64,000 bases of DNA from Eledone cirrhosa (GCA_964016885.1 OZ024741.1:14942001-15006000), one strand, 5' to 3'. Shown: positions 45,989 to 61,399, numbered from the stretch's first letter. The notes: generated by a model from the letters alone, not told the origin. Made by a program: numbers and translations.

Positions 45989-46683
45989 CACATATATATA
46001 TATATATATGTGTGTGTGTATGTGTGTGTGTATATGTATATATGTAAATATTCAGGACCCCGACGGCTGAGCTCGCCCGTTTCGACAGGTTCGGATCAGC
46101 CGTCAGGGTCCTGAATCTTTTCATATTACCCACTCTACTACCCCAAGTATTGAGTACTCTGGTGCGTTATGGTCCATTCTGGTTCCTTACCACACCCACT
46201 CTGATATATATATAAGTAAACACATACACATATATATGTATGTTGATATAAATAGCTGGCTAGATAGATAGATAGAGATACACACACACATACATATACA
46301 GTGTTAAACACAGATAACTATAGCTAGACTCTCGCATATAAAATATGTCCCCTTCACAATATCACTATTATTGCTTGGTATTCCTTGCTGTTCCTTGTCT
46401 TGACACACACACAGACACGCGCACACACACACAGAGGCACACACATACACACGCACACACACACACATACACACACACATACACACACAGGCACACACAC
46501 ACAGACTCACACACTACTATAGAAACATAAATAGATGCAAACATGCTCACACACACTCAGAGATAACTATACAAATACACACATTCTCACACATTTATAC
46601 TACAAGCCGCTTATTCTGATCAAATTCGACAAAATTAATATATAATATATTTTATGTAAATAGTTTGGAAGTCATTAATTTAA

Positions 46684-47032
46684 GTTTGATAACAATAACC
46701 ATCTAATAACAATAGCCATTTGATAACAATAACCGTTTGATAATAATAACCATTTGATAACAATAACCGTTTGATAATAATAAACATTTGATAACAATAA
46801 CCATTTGATAACAATAACCATTTGATAACAATAACCGTTTGATAATAATAGCCATTTATAACAATAACCGTTTGGTAATAATAACCATTTGATAACAATA
46901 ACCATTTGATAACAATAAGCGTTTGATAATAATAACCATTTGATAACAATAACCATCTGATAATAATAATCATTTGATAACAATAACCATTTGATAACAA
47001 TAGCCGTTTGATAACAATAACCGTTTGATAAC
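46684..47032. repeat. 17-bp minisatellite (CCATTTGATAACAATAA)n
   Basis: Period 17, about 20 units. Confidence 0.92.
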
Positions 47033-47191
47033 GTAATCCATGAATATAATAAACGGAGTCGAATGAAATATTTCTAAATCATCACCCACTATCACCTATT
47101 GTCTCGCAATATATATATAATTGTTTATTTATATATATAAATATATATAAATAATTTTATATATATGTATATATATATATAGGTATATGTA

Positions 47192-47223
<32 letters not shown>

Positions 47224-47424
47224 ATTATTTATATTTATATATATATATAAATAATTATATATATATATGTTTATATATATATGTATATATATAACTAATA
47301 TCTTAACACTTCACACAAAGTAAAATATTTTGTTTTAAACATTTTATAACCCAGAAAAAAAGAGAGAAAAATTAAAAGGAAAAAAATATATTTTTCTTCC
47401 TAATAATCGTCTTTTTCTCCCTGT

Positions 47425-47500
<76 letters not shown>

Positions 47501-47504
<4 letters not shown>

Positions 47505-47855
47505 AAATAAAAATATTAATAAAATAGATGTTCTTTTGATCAATTACATTTTATTATACATATTTCGGATGTACAACAGTAGGTCCTCATCAGACAAAAT
47601 ATAATGATACATGACATACCCTGAGATGTTAAATGGTTAAGATTTAATCAAGGTAGTATCATTATATTTTGTCTGATGAAGACGTACTGTTGTACATCCG
47701 AAATATGTATAATAAAATGCAATTGATCAAAAGGACATCTATTTTATTAATATTTGTATTTTAATATTAATAACTCCGGAAATTATTCTCGTAGAGTGCT
47801 TCCAATCTACTGTAAAACTCATTCCTTGACATAATCATTGAATATTGTTTAACAC

Positions 47856-47862
<7 letters not shown>
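47501..47862. mobile_element. H1 fold-back; HHR on minus at 47547-47601 and on plus at 47665-47719, plus tail
   Basis: About 110-bp arms with a ~45-nt spacer; both cores CTGATGA..GAAA. Confidence 0.88.
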
Positions 47863-47926
<64 letters not shown>

Positions 47927-48447
47927 TTTATATTTGCATGTGTACATAGATATACTAGATCTACTTATATATATATATATATATACACACAAACAAATAT
48001 ATAAATATATACAAATATATACAAATATATAAATATATAAATATATAGACATAAATATATATACAAATATATAAATATATAACCATATATATACATATAG
48101 ATATATGAATATATATATACACACACTCGCACACGCCTTTATATATACATGTGTGTGTGTGTGAGTGTGTGTACATATATATAGTTGCATATATATTTAT
48201 ATATCATATGTAAATTAAACTATAACCAGAAAACACTTTTACAAGTAGATACATAAATATAGACCTACACTTACTGACGTATGCAGAGACATACATATAT
48301 ACACACACAAATATACAAACATGCACACATACGCACACACACATACGCACACACACACACACACAAATACACATGCACACACACACAGGACGCAGTAAAA
48401 TAGAATGACGAAGCCGTAGTACTTTATATATATTATTTGTATGTATA

Positions 48448-48488
<41 letters not shown>

Positions 48489-48545
48489 ATTTAAAAATAT
48501 GAATACATATGTGTATAAATACATATGTATAAATATATATATATA

Positions 48546-48675
<130 letters not shown>

Positions 48676-48967
48676 TAAACATAAATAAATATATGCGTAT
48701 TTGTGTTTGAGTGCTTATATATATATTTACAATCATATATATGAGTGTGTGTATATATTTACTCGAGAAAGTTTTTATCTAAATCCTTTGAAAGACATAA
48801 ATAAAATATATCCACGTGATTATCACTGCAAGCGAACCTAGCGGAAGATTAAGGCATTAGCGGAAAATATGTCAGCTGGAACCCCTTCATTTTCTTCTTT
48901 CTTTTCTTTATCACTCTCCACACCGCTATCTAATTCACTGCTTATTTATTGCTGTTTATATTATATA

Positions 48968-49057
<90 letters not shown>

Positions 49058-49062
49058 TGTGC

Positions 49063-49109
<47 letters not shown>

Positions 49110-49115
<6 letters not shown>

Positions 49116-49330
49116 TAACAGATTAAAGTTTAAGCAAACAATCGCTGCTTTCACCCTTAACGAGATCTTCAGAAGATCCCGTTAAGGGGTGAAAGCAGCG
49201 ATTCTTTGCTTAAACTTTAATCTGTTAATTTAATAAATATTTCTTCTCAAGAGTTCTTATATATTTGAAATATATTTATCCTTATCGAGCCCTCTTTGGA
49301 TTTTAGTCTTCACATTTATTATTATTACTA
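49110..49330. mobile_element. H4 fold-back (axis ~49171) with tail
   Basis: ...CTTTCACCCTTAACGAGATCTTC-A-GAAGATCCCGTTAAGGGGTGAAAG... Confidence 0.85.
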
Positions 49331-49623
49331 TATATATATATATTTATATATAGTATAAATAGTGTTACCATTGGTTTCGGGTTCCAGTTATGGCCACCAC
49401 TGTATATTTTAGGAGGTTCTTCCAAACTGACCCCCCTCATCGATCACTCGGACAAAAATGTACCCATATAAATATACATATATATATGTATATATATAGT
49501 GCAAATTTATACGGGAACAAAACAGAGAGGCAGACAAATAAAGGTTTATTAGGTTCACGCTTTTGAGAGGGGGGGGGGGTTGTGTTTTTGTTTTTTTTTT
49601 TTTGTGTTTTGTTTACTGTCTCA

Positions 49624-49676
<53 letters not shown>

Positions 49677-49727
49677 TCGAAAACGTCGAAACGGCTTGAG
49701 CTCAGCCGTCGGGGTCTTACTTGTTCC

Positions 49728-49760
<33 letters not shown>

Positions 49761-49882
49761 GTGAGGTTTTTATAACAAAATGAAAAATCACCGAGGTGTC
49801 CTACACGAGTGAAAGTATAATGCAAAAAAGATGAAATCGAAAATGCAACTGGAGTGTTATTTAAAAAAAAATATATATATTT

Positions 49883-49949
<67 letters not shown>

Positions 49950-49952
<3 letters not shown>

Positions 49953-50348
49953 AGAATATTTTCGAAACAGCGAGTTGATTTGAAATTATTAGAAATGTAA
50001 GTTATAGCCGTATTTTGACTAAAGAAATTAGAGGAATTATTTAGCCTGATAGTGGGGTTAAGAACCCTCGGAGAAATGGAAAAAGATGAGTATTGACGTA
50101 CATGGGAGTCGAAACCCACATCTTTGGTTATCCGGACCACTGTGGTACCATTTACACACCAACAGGGTAATGTGTTGGTGTAAATGGTACCACAGTGGTC
50201 CGGATAACCAAAGATGTGGGTTCGACTCCCATGTACGTCAATACTCATCTTTTTCCATTTCTCCGAGGGTTCTTAACCCCACTATCAGGCTAAATAATTC
50301 CTCTAATTTCTTTAGTCAAAATACGGCTATAACTTACATTTCTAATAA
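49950..50348. mobile_element. tRNA-headed fold-back element (arms ~49986-50164 and 50173-50348)
   Basis: TGGTGTAAATGG (A-box) at 50176 and GGTTCGACTCC (B-box) at 50219; related fragment at ~53830-53920. Confidence 0.85.
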
Positions 50349-50548
<200 letters not shown>

Positions 50549-50714
50549 ATATATATATGTGTATATGTGTTGGTGTGTGTGTTTCTGTGTTCGTGAAGTT
50601 AAGCTGGTACGGTTTTCAATGTCTACGCTATTACATAGTAAATACAACGGTAAATAAATTATATCTACCGGGGTGGAAATCTGACATGACATATACTTAG
50701 ATGTGGGTACCTCT

Positions 50715-50746
<32 letters not shown>

Positions 50747-50858
50747 GCTCACTCTCTCTCACTATATATTTATCTATTTATTTATTTATCTACCCGTGCT
50801 CCTACACTCCGTTCCATAAACACTCACACACACACACACACACACACACCACACACAC

Positions 50859-50928
<70 letters not shown>

Positions 50929-51360
50929 ATATATATATATCTGAATGTGGTTGACGGCTGAATGAAAACGGTACTCAAGATCGAAGTAGAATATGACAAG
51001 AACGACGGCTATTTCTGGACTCAGAGTCCAGAAATAGCAAGTCGAAGCGGCTTGAGCTCTGCCGTCGGGGTTAAACATTTTGCCATATCTATATATATAG
51101 TAATAATAATAAATGTGAAGACTAAAATCGATAAGGATAAATATATATCAAATATATACCTGTTATTTTAATATATATATATATATACACACACATATAT
51201 ATATATATATTTAAAAGAATAGAGGTGTAACACACAAGTTATTATATATTGGTAAACGGAATAGAAAATGCTGACAAATTGTTCACAGTGAAAAATAGTT
51301 TAATTAGGAATAAGTGAGAATTAGTAATTGTATTGGTTAGTATTCAGTTTTGGTTTTAAG

Positions 51361-51396
51361 TTTTACCGGTTGCGCATTTCTAATGCTTTTCAAAAA
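51361..51396 (-). ncRNA. U3-A8 variant HHR fold, decayed (GAAA changed to GCAA)
   Basis: TTT-TTGAAAA-GCATtagaaATGC-GCAACCGGTA^AAA. Confidence 0.55.
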
Positions 51397-51462
51397 TAAT
51401 TTTGAGATAGAGCGTCCGTGATGTTTGCTCTGATCTGTATATATATATATATATATGATCTG

Positions 51463-51519
<57 letters not shown>

Positions 51520-51687
51520 CTGTGTGAAAATCCACATACCCCTCCATCTCAGCTCTACTTTTGAAATGCAGAAGAACCTGCGAAACCGGTAAAGGAACCA
51601 AATAAATTTTTTTTTTTTTTAAATAAGACTCTAGTTGCATTTTCGATTTCATCCTTTTTCCTTTCACACGTGTAGGACACCTCGGTT

Positions 51688-51688
<1 letters not shown>
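51520..51688 (+). mobile_element. HHR element family H10 (HHR at 51558-51594); fragment also at 49754-49870
   Basis: CTT-TTGAAAT-GCAGaagaacCTGC-GAAACCGGTA^AAG. Confidence 0.75.
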
Positions 51689-51750
<62 letters not shown>

Positions 51751-51969
51751 TACCGCTCTTTCGATGAAATTACTTTCTCTCCTTACCTCTTTTCTAGGCA
51801 CGGTTCACTGACGTTAACCTTACATATCTGTAAGCCAGAAATATTTCCGTCTTATTAACTTATTAATAAGTACGACAGTCTCTCATGAATCACAGGATAC
51901 CTTTATATTAAAGAACATGACAATACACTATATAAATTAGAAGAGGTATAGCCGAAACCGCCGCGCTTG

Positions 51970-52019
<50 letters not shown>

Positions 52020-52310
52020 CATGTATTGTTTATACTTGGGGAGGGTCATATTGTTATAATATTGCCAGAAATAATATCAGAACACACTCACTGTTTGGTT
52101 GGGGTTGGTTTTCGCTTCTGTATCTTTTATAACAAGGTATATACATACACCCCATCACCCCCCCCTCCCCACACATATATATATATATATAAACATACAT
52201 ATCTATCTATCCTATCTATATATCTAAGCGTGAAACTAATATTAATATTCTGTACTGCCTCTTCGCTTCCACGTTGTTTTTTTGTTTATTGTTTTTTGTT
52301 TACTGTCTCA

Positions 52311-52417
<107 letters not shown>

Positions 52418-52859
52418 AATATGTTTCTACTTTTGGCAGAAGGCCAGCAATTTCTCCAGTTCATTACTGGTGAAATGACGTCATCAGAAGAACCGGTGTA
52501 TCTCGGATCGTTCTGTCACTCAATGCTTTAATTAAGCCAGCATCATTAAGACACCAACCTAAAGGCCAGCAGAGTGTACACTTATACGTTAATAGTGGGA
52601 GAAACTATTCCGGGTGGGTAGAGAATCGAATTCTCTATATATCTCTAAACTTAACACAACGAAGAAAAAACATTTTTTAAGGGAAAACCTTAAAAAATTG
52701 TTTTAAAAAAAATACAAACAAAGGACACAGCCCTACCACCCCCATTACCACTACCACCCCCATTACCCCTACCACCACCATTACCACTACCACCCCATTA
52801 CCACTACCACCCCCATTACCCCTACCACCACCAACCCTAACCACTATAAGATCTATAAA

Positions 52860-52945
52860 AATGAACGACTTACTATCTCACCCGGATTTCCTGATGATTT
52901 CATACGGATGAAACAGGTCTAGTCCTGTAACAGCCACTACTATAG
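52860..52945 (+). mobile_element. H6 copy with HHR core at 52887-52929 (further H6 at 53125-53280)
   Basis: TTTC-CTGATGA-tTTCatacGGAt-GAA-ACAG-gtctagtc-CTGT-A. Confidence 0.72.
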
Positions 52946-53278
52946 AAATTCTGATACATACATATCAGTATATATATATAAAACAGGAAGGAGGTGTGGT
53001 AAGGAACCATGTGGACCATAACACACCAGAGTACTCAATACTTAGGGTAGTAGAGTGGGTAATAGAAAAATGTATGACCCCGACGACAGAGCTCAAGCCG
53101 TTTCGACGGCTATTTCTATATATATAAATTAGTCCCAAGTTCAATCGGGCGTTACAACAGTTTGTAAGGTACTCAATACATTAGTAGAGTGTAAACACTA
53201 TGTTTAATATAGAAATGGCTTCTACAGGGCTGGAATTAATAGTTCTTGTCCGGTACAAGCCATTTCTATATTAAACAT

Positions 53279-53311
<33 letters not shown>

Positions 53312-53956
53312 ACATATTTTCGACACCCTATATATATATATGTATATATATGAGAAACACATTGGTGGGAGGTCGTCAACAGAGATAACTCACCGTCCTT
53401 TAAAATTCATTCAATCAAAGATTAAATTCAATTATATAAGTTGGAGTGAGTTTTGTTTTGTTTACTATGATGATAAATGTGTTTCAATTTTGATTATATT
53501 ACACCTCTTCAGTGACGTAATTAAAACAATGCTATATGTTTATGGTGGGATCATATTATTGGAATACATGCACACATCATCCATATATACACACATACCT
53601 GCATACATGTTTACATACATGCATACTTACGCACACTACCCCCCCCCCTCCACATATATATATATATTAGTACAGATTAAAGTTCAAACAAAGAACGCTG
53701 CATCCACCCTACTAAGGAATCTGAAACTCTATGGCTTTCATAATTATTATTACTATATATATATATAAATATATACATATATACATATATATATAACAAG
53801 TATGTTTGTTTTGAAATTTAGTAGAAATAGAAACTTTTGCCGTATTTTAGACTAAAGAAATTTTAGCCTGATAGTGGAGTTTAAAATCCTTTAAGAAATG
53901 GAAAAAGATGAGTATTTACACGTATATATATATATCTGTATATATATAAATCTGTA

Positions 53957-54004
<48 letters not shown>

Positions 54005-54009
<5 letters not shown>

Positions 54010-54285
54010 ATATTAATAAATGGAAACTATATTCATAAAACCATAATTATTTTATTATATATATTTCAAGGCCGACAAAGCCAATCTTGGTGCGCTTTCA
54101 TCAGATAAAAGATTGGCTTGGTCGCCTTTGAAATATATATAATAAAATAATTATGGTTTTATAAATATAGTTTCCATTTCTTAATATATTGAATATTTAC
54201 TCCATTTTAGCTGTTGAGTGCTCTATATCAGTTATAAACATTTAAGTTTGTTGGAATCCCAACAAATTAAATATAACTTCTACAT
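54005..54285. mobile_element. H2-related fold-back; HHR on minus at 54050-54110
   Basis: TTTTAT-CTGATGA-AAGCG..GGCCTT-GAAA-TATATATA^ATAAAA; tail homologous to 27421-27510 and, reversed, to 55355-55430. Confidence 0.8.
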
Positions 54286-54300
54286 ATATATTTATATATG

Positions 54301-54346
<46 letters not shown>

Positions 54347-54349
<3 letters not shown>

Positions 54350-54898
54350 TCGGGTCGTTGGCGACTAAACTGGCAACCCCACCAAGGTTTCTTGGTGAGG
54401 AGGGTGACTTTGGACATCCTGCAGGACTAAAAACAAAACCTGTCAAAAGGCAAAGGAGCTCTTAAGAGTCAATGGCCATCCAAAATCACCGGGAGAGATG
54501 ACCCCTTAGCCTTTGTCAAGGCAGAATTCTAGGAGAAGGAAAACTCTGATATAACACCTGCAACCCTGATGGTATCCAATGATGTTGACTTGTTCTTCTT
54601 TTTGGTAAATATCATCTTGGTTAAGAGAGTGGGACTGGCTTTGTGCAGTGCCTTTGCTCACTATAAAAGCTTCACGGCACAGGCATTGCTTTATATCTGG
54701 AGATCTCTCTGCATTTGTCGTCACATGGTACCATGGGCCCAGCACTATGTGTCAATAATTGTCACAAGTGTAGTGTTTGTACCAGAGCTTTCAAGTCGCT
54801 GGCTGGACTAAAAAGTCACTCGTTCAGCGCATCAGTAGGGGTTCTCCTACATGGATATAAAGTAGTGGCCGTACTCGAAAACGAGTTGGCAGCCACCA
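54347..54898 (+). mobile_element. Non-autonomous RTE-derived element with C2H2-like 3' remnant
   Basis: [19 protein letters not shown] resembles the terminal zinc finger of RTE ORFs; sister copy at 37487. Confidence 0.75.
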
Positions 54899-54918
54899 TA
54901 TATATATATATATTTATA

Positions 54919-55014
<96 letters not shown>

Positions 55015-55442
55015 ATATATATGTATATATTTGTGTGTGTATTGTTTGTGTGTGTGTGTATTCATGAACCTGTGTATTTAATTGAAGTTTCATGTATTGT
55101 CGATCTACCTGGCTAGCATCCCTCCTCTCATTTTTATGAAATATAAGTGAAATTGAAAGTAACTACATCAACTGAAATAATAGTATTACACTCTACACAT
55201 TATATTGACAACTCTTTCTTCTGGTCCTCATCAACAACGAGTTTCCTCTTACCTCTCTCTCTCATTACCACCTCATTCTCTTACCCGGAGATTTACCTAT
55301 CTGCATTGTTGAGGCTTCCAAACGACCAATTGCATATATATAAATATATATATATGTAGAAATTATATTTAATTTGTTGGAATTCCGACAAACATAAATG
55401 TTTATAACTGATATAGAGCACTCAACAGTTTACTGTTATCTT

Positions 55443-55492
<50 letters not shown>

Positions 55493-55499
<7 letters not shown>

Positions 55500-56035
55500 T
55501 TCCAAATATTAACAAAACAGATATTCTTGTGTTCAATTAAATTTTATTATACATATTTCAGAGGTACTGAATTAAGTTCTACAGTACGTCCTCATCAGAT
55601 AAAATAAAATGATACAAGACATACCCTGACATGGTAGATGGTTAAGATTTAATCAAGGTAAAATGATACAAGACATACCCTGACATGGTAGATGGTTAAG
55701 ATTTAATCAAGGTAAAATGATACATGACATACCCTGACATGGTAGATGGTTAAGATTTAATCAAGGTAGACTACCTTGATTAAATCTTAACCATCTACAA
55801 TGTCAGGGTTTGTCATGAATCATTTTATTTTATCTGATGAGGACGTACTGTTGAACTTAATTCAGTATCTCTGAAATATGTATAATAAAATTTAATTGAA
55901 CACAAGAATATCTGTTTTGTTAATATTTGGACTTAATATTAATAACTCTGCAAAAAATGTTACTGTAGAGTGCTTCCAATCTATTGTAAAACTCATTCTT
56001 TGGTGTACTTATTGAATCCTGTTTAACTCTTTAAT
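55493..56035. mobile_element. H1 fold-back with an internal 54-bp triplication; HHR on minus at ~55540-55604 and on plus at 55827-55891
   Basis: Axis AAGGTAG-A-CTACCTT at ~55770; 54-bp unit at 55611, 55665 and 55719. Confidence 0.88.
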
Positions 56036-56104
56036 ATATATATATTTGTGTGTATATATATATTTGTATATATATATATATTTGTATATATATATATGAT
56101 TATA

Positions 56105-56227
56105 GCTGTTGATGATGATGATAATGATAGTGTTGATGTTGGAGGCAGTGTTGGTGATGATGATGATGAAGAAGATGCTGCTGACGATGATGATTATAAT
56201 GATGGTGATGATGATGATGATGATGGT

Positions 56228-56267
<40 letters not shown>

Positions 56268-56410
56268 CAATGATGCTAATGATGCTAATGATGATGATGA
56301 TGATGATGGAGGTGCTGGTGATGGTGATGATGGTGGTGGTGGTGCTGGTGATGGTGATGATGATGATGATGATGAGGATGATGATGATGATGGTGAGGAA
56401 GATGATGATG

Positions 56411-56442
<32 letters not shown>

Positions 56443-56507
56443 GATGGTGATGATGATTATGATGATGATCATCATGGTGATGATGATGATAATGATGTTG
56501 ATGATGT

Positions 56508-56572
<65 letters not shown>

Positions 56573-56716
56573 GTGGTGATGATGATGGTGATGATGATGA
56601 TGATGATGATGATGATGGTGATATGTAACTCTGGCTACTAAATACTGCTAATTAATGCTACCAATTAACGTTTGATATGAAACTAAACTGTTATTCCCGT
56701 TCAATACTTAATTGCT

Positions 56717-56794
<78 letters not shown>

Positions 56795-56820
56795 ATAGTA
56801 GTAGTAGTAGTAGCGGTAGC

Positions 56821-56871
<51 letters not shown>

Positions 56872-56898
56872 TGTAGAAGTAGTAGTAGTAGTAGTAGT
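56105..56898. repeat. (GAT)n at 56105-56620 and (AGT)n at 56717-56898
   Basis: Direct observation. Confidence 0.93.
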
Positions 56899-57298
56899 AT
56901 CAGTGGTGTGCTCTATTATAAAGTACATAAAAAATAAAATATTAAAATGGCCAGGAAAATATTTTATTCTTTGTTTTGGGGATTCCATTAATTTTCCTAT
57001 TAAAGTTACCCCCTTTCACTCTATTTCTATCGTTTTTTTTTCTTTCTTTTAATCCCCACTCTCATCTCTCTGTCTTTATCTCTCTTTTTCTCACTCTCTC
57101 TATTTCCATGCTCCACTCTCTCTCACTTTCTCTCTCCATTTCCATCCTCCACTCTCTCTCACTTCTCTCCCCATTCATCCTCTCTTTCTCTCTCCCTTTT
57201 CTGTCTCTCACACACTCTCACTGATATTTCTCTTCATTTTTCAAATTCTCACACTCGTCTCCCCCCTCTCTCTCTTCCTCTCGATCTATCTATCTATC

Positions 57299-57354
<56 letters not shown>

Positions 57355-57409
57355 CCTCTCTCTCTCCCTCTCTCTGTCTATCTTTCTATTTCTATCATTG
57401 TCTCTATCA

Positions 57410-57467
<58 letters not shown>

Positions 57468-57654
57468 TACCCCATCACATGTCCCTATAGACACCACCAG
57501 CCTCCACTGCCCCACCCCTCTATGATATGATCATCAATAATCAAACACCCAAATAACAGTAATTCAATGTCCATGAGTAGGGACCAGCCCTAACCATCTC
57601 ATTGTAATATCTATTCCCATTGTATTGTAATGTCTATTCCATTGGTATATATAT

Positions 57655-57730
57655 ACCTTACAATACAACGGGAGGAAACATAACAGTACCACTGATGATG
57701 TCACAGGTGTGTGATGAAAGAACTTTGATA

Positions 57731-57786
<56 letters not shown>

Positions 57787-57935
57787 CCGTTGGTCAATCA
57801 ATCATAAACATTGATTGCCAGCTAAATTAACTATAGAGATATAAAATATACAAAAGAGAAACCCAATCCAAACCAAACAGTGAGTGTGTCTCTGGCAATA
57901 TTATAACAATATAACCCTCCCCAAATATAACAATA
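57655..57935 (+). mobile_element. Family H8 with candidate HHR at 57686-57730 (sister 62140-62412; reverse fragment 52024-52132)
   Basis: TACCA-CTGATGA-TGTCACAggtgTGTGAT-GAAAGAACTT^TGATA; stems I and III are weak. Confidence 0.65.
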
Positions 57936-58032
57936 TATATATATATATGCGTATGTAGTTAACGACTAGCTGAGAGAAAAGAGTACTCAATACCGCAGTA
58001 CAGTTTCAATATTCATTTTTAAAGCTAACTTA

Positions 58033-58090
<58 letters not shown>

Positions 58091-58625
58091 CACTATCTCT
58101 GTAAGACAGCGGCTGTGTTCTGACTTGGAGTGAGGGTCTTCGCAGATTTAAATTGCTTGAGACATGCTGTGTGTCAGACCTGTTCTTACGACTCCCTAAC
58201 CTATGATATACGAATGTCTAGCCCATGAAACAAATAAACAACAGATGATATCCTTGTAGTGACACAGATGGTAGAATGCAGAATTAAAAGCTTTATGGTG
58301 GGCTGCTGCTTCTTATCAGATTTGAGTTCAAGTCCGGATGCTGACAACATTTTTATTTAGCATGTTTGGGGCCAGATTCTGTCGACTTTAACCCTTTCAA
58401 AATTGTAAAGAAACTGACAAAGTAACTATCATGGCTCTGTGTCAGTGAGTGGAAACAAGGTATTGTGTTCCCGTTGGGACAGAGCCTTTTAAATAACAAT
58501 AAACGCCTAACATTAAGTAAAGATAAGCAATTATGGATATATAAATGTTGATACCAACACCCGTTAGATAACATTGGATAAAAACCAAAGTATCAACTCG
58601 GACGAATTCAACCGTGAAGACACGT

Positions 58626-58900
58626 AGTGGATTGGCAGTATCGGTAGAGGGTCGGAAGCCATGCTTTGTAGCACAGTTACGTCCCTTTACGGACTGAGTT
58701 CAAATCCCGCCGAGGTTAACTTTGCCTTTCAACATTACGGGGTCGATAACATAAAGTACCAGTAATGCACTGGGATAATTGCTGGCCTTGTGCCAAAAAG
58801 TAGAAACAATTATTATAATAGAAAGATGGACCCTCTACCGATACTGCCAATCCAATGGTGGATTGGCAGTATCGGTAGAGGGTCTGACGCCATGCTTTGA
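58626..58900 (+). mobile_element. S1 SINE (58626-58815) followed by a hairpin of two S1 heads (58829-58900)
   Basis: GACCCTCTACCGATACTGCCAATCCA-atgg-TGGATTGGCAGTATCGGTAGAGGGTC. Confidence 0.87.
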
Positions 58901-58963
58901 CGCCTTTTAAAGCGATGAAATACCAATGAAGGTTGGAAGATCACTGATGAAGGACTAATTTTA

Positions 58964-59049
<86 letters not shown>

Positions 59050-59089
59050 AATATATATATATAAATATATATATATGTATATATGTATA

Positions 59090-59120
<31 letters not shown>

Positions 59121-59189
59121 TTAGATATATATATATATATGTATATATATTTAGATATATATATATATATGTACATATTTAGGTAGATA

Positions 59190-59396
59190 TAGCGAAGGAA
59201 GTGTGGTAAGGAACCAGGTGGACCATAACGCACCAGAGTAGTCGCTACTTAGGGTAGTAGAGTGGCAAATAAGAAAAGGGTCAGGACACCGATGGCTGAG
59301 CTCCGGCCGTTTCGATAGCTATTTCTGAGATCAGAAATAGCTGTCGAAACGGCCGGAGCTCAGCCGTCGGGGTCCTGACTCTTTCCCTATAGTTAC

Positions 59397-59449
<53 letters not shown>

Positions 59450-59650
59450 AAAAAAAATATATATATATATATAGGAGCCAGTAAGACCCCGACGGCTGAG
59501 CTCAAGCCGTTTCGACGGCTAATTCTGTCGAAACGGCTTGAGCTCAGCCGTCGGGGTCTTACTGGCTCCTATTACCCACTCTACTACCCTAAGTATTGAG
59601 TACTTTGGTGCGTTATGGTCCACCTGGTTCCTTACCACATTTCCTTCGTT
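59190..59650. mobile_element. Two H5 fold-backs (59190-59390 and 59472-59650) with tails in opposite directions
   Basis: Each has GAC(C/A)CCGA..GTTTCGA..TCGAAAC..GTCGGGGTC. Confidence 0.86.
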
Positions 59651-60115
59651 ATATATATATATATATATACATATATACATACATACACACACACATATGT
59701 ATATATATGTATATAAACACATATATATATATGCGCCATATTTAAGTTCAAGCCCTTCCGGAGTCAACATTGTTCCCATCATTCAGGGATAACATAGTAA
59801 ACTAAAGAACTAGTACGAGAATTTGGTGTAACCAGGTTTTCCTTCCTCACAAATTGCTGGAACTCTACCTAAATTAGAAGACGTATATGGTAGAATATGA
59901 TTTCAATGATTGACAGATTTTAGTGATTATACGGAGGCCAAGCTGGAGCTATAAATTCAGCAGTTTAGCAAACGAATCATAGCAAACGAATTATTTATCT
60001 AATATTTAATCTCTATGATATGAAACACTAGGTTACGGCATGTAAACGGAAACACAATTGGATTAGGTGGGGGGGATGTATTGTAAATATAGACAAGAAA
60101 AGACACAGCCACAAT

Positions 60116-60193
<78 letters not shown>

Positions 60194-60263
60194 TTTTCTT
60201 GTAAGTATTTACAATACACCCGCAATCCAATTGTTTTTTCCGCTTTCATTTCATCATGTATGA

Positions 60264-60297
<34 letters not shown>

Positions 60298-60364
60298 TGT
60301 GTGTGTGAGTGTATATATACATATATATGATATATATATATATATATGATATATATGTATATAT

Positions 60365-60664
<300 letters not shown>

Positions 60665-60689
60665 ATTATATATATATATATAATTATAT

Positions 60690-60820
<131 letters not shown>

Positions 60821-60821
60821 T

Positions 60822-60971
60822 ATCCCGGGTTCTATCGGGGGTAACCACAGCAAGTAAGGTACTCAATACAAAGCAAAGTATAAATATTTAATATAGAAAG
60901 GCTTCTACAGGACTAGAACTGTTTCATTCGAGAAAAATCATATGAAACAGTTCAAGTCGTCTAGAAGCCTT

Positions 60972-60980
<9 letters not shown>
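60822..60980. mobile_element. H6 fold-back
   Basis: TAATATAGAAAGGCTTCTA..GAACTGTTTCAT / ATGAAACAGTTC..TAGAAGCCTTTCTATATTA. Confidence 0.82.
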
Positions 60981-61050
<70 letters not shown>

Positions 61051-61348
61051 TATATATATGTATGTATACATATATATATACATACTTATATATACACATA
61101 TATGCATCTATAGATGTATTTGGTAAAAATATAAAACTTTAGGATTTGATTGAAAATGTTTTCTTCCTATAGCAACATATTAGAGATCGATAGAGCACTA
61201 TTTTCACTGTGGGATGTGGATGTCAATACACACCTTCATTCCTCGATTTACAAACACTTCGATAGTAAACGCAATACGCACTTAGATATATATATACACC
61301 TATATCTATACATCTATAATATATTTATATAAATTTATGTTTTATTTC

Positions 61349-61399
<51 letters not shown>

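Noticed and set aside
50176-50240. Functional tRNA gene
   Set aside because: The 5' acceptor strand is missing, the anticodon loop lacks U33, and it is embedded in a repeat; treated as a SINE head
52733-52845. Telomere-like C-rich repeat
   Set aside because: Degenerate CCACTA/CCCCATTA units rather than (CCCTAA)n
54715-54830. Host C2H2 zinc-finger gene
   Set aside because: A single incomplete finger inside a repeated RTE-derived element
56048-56641. Poly-Asp/poly-Met ORF
   Set aside because: (GAT)n repeat
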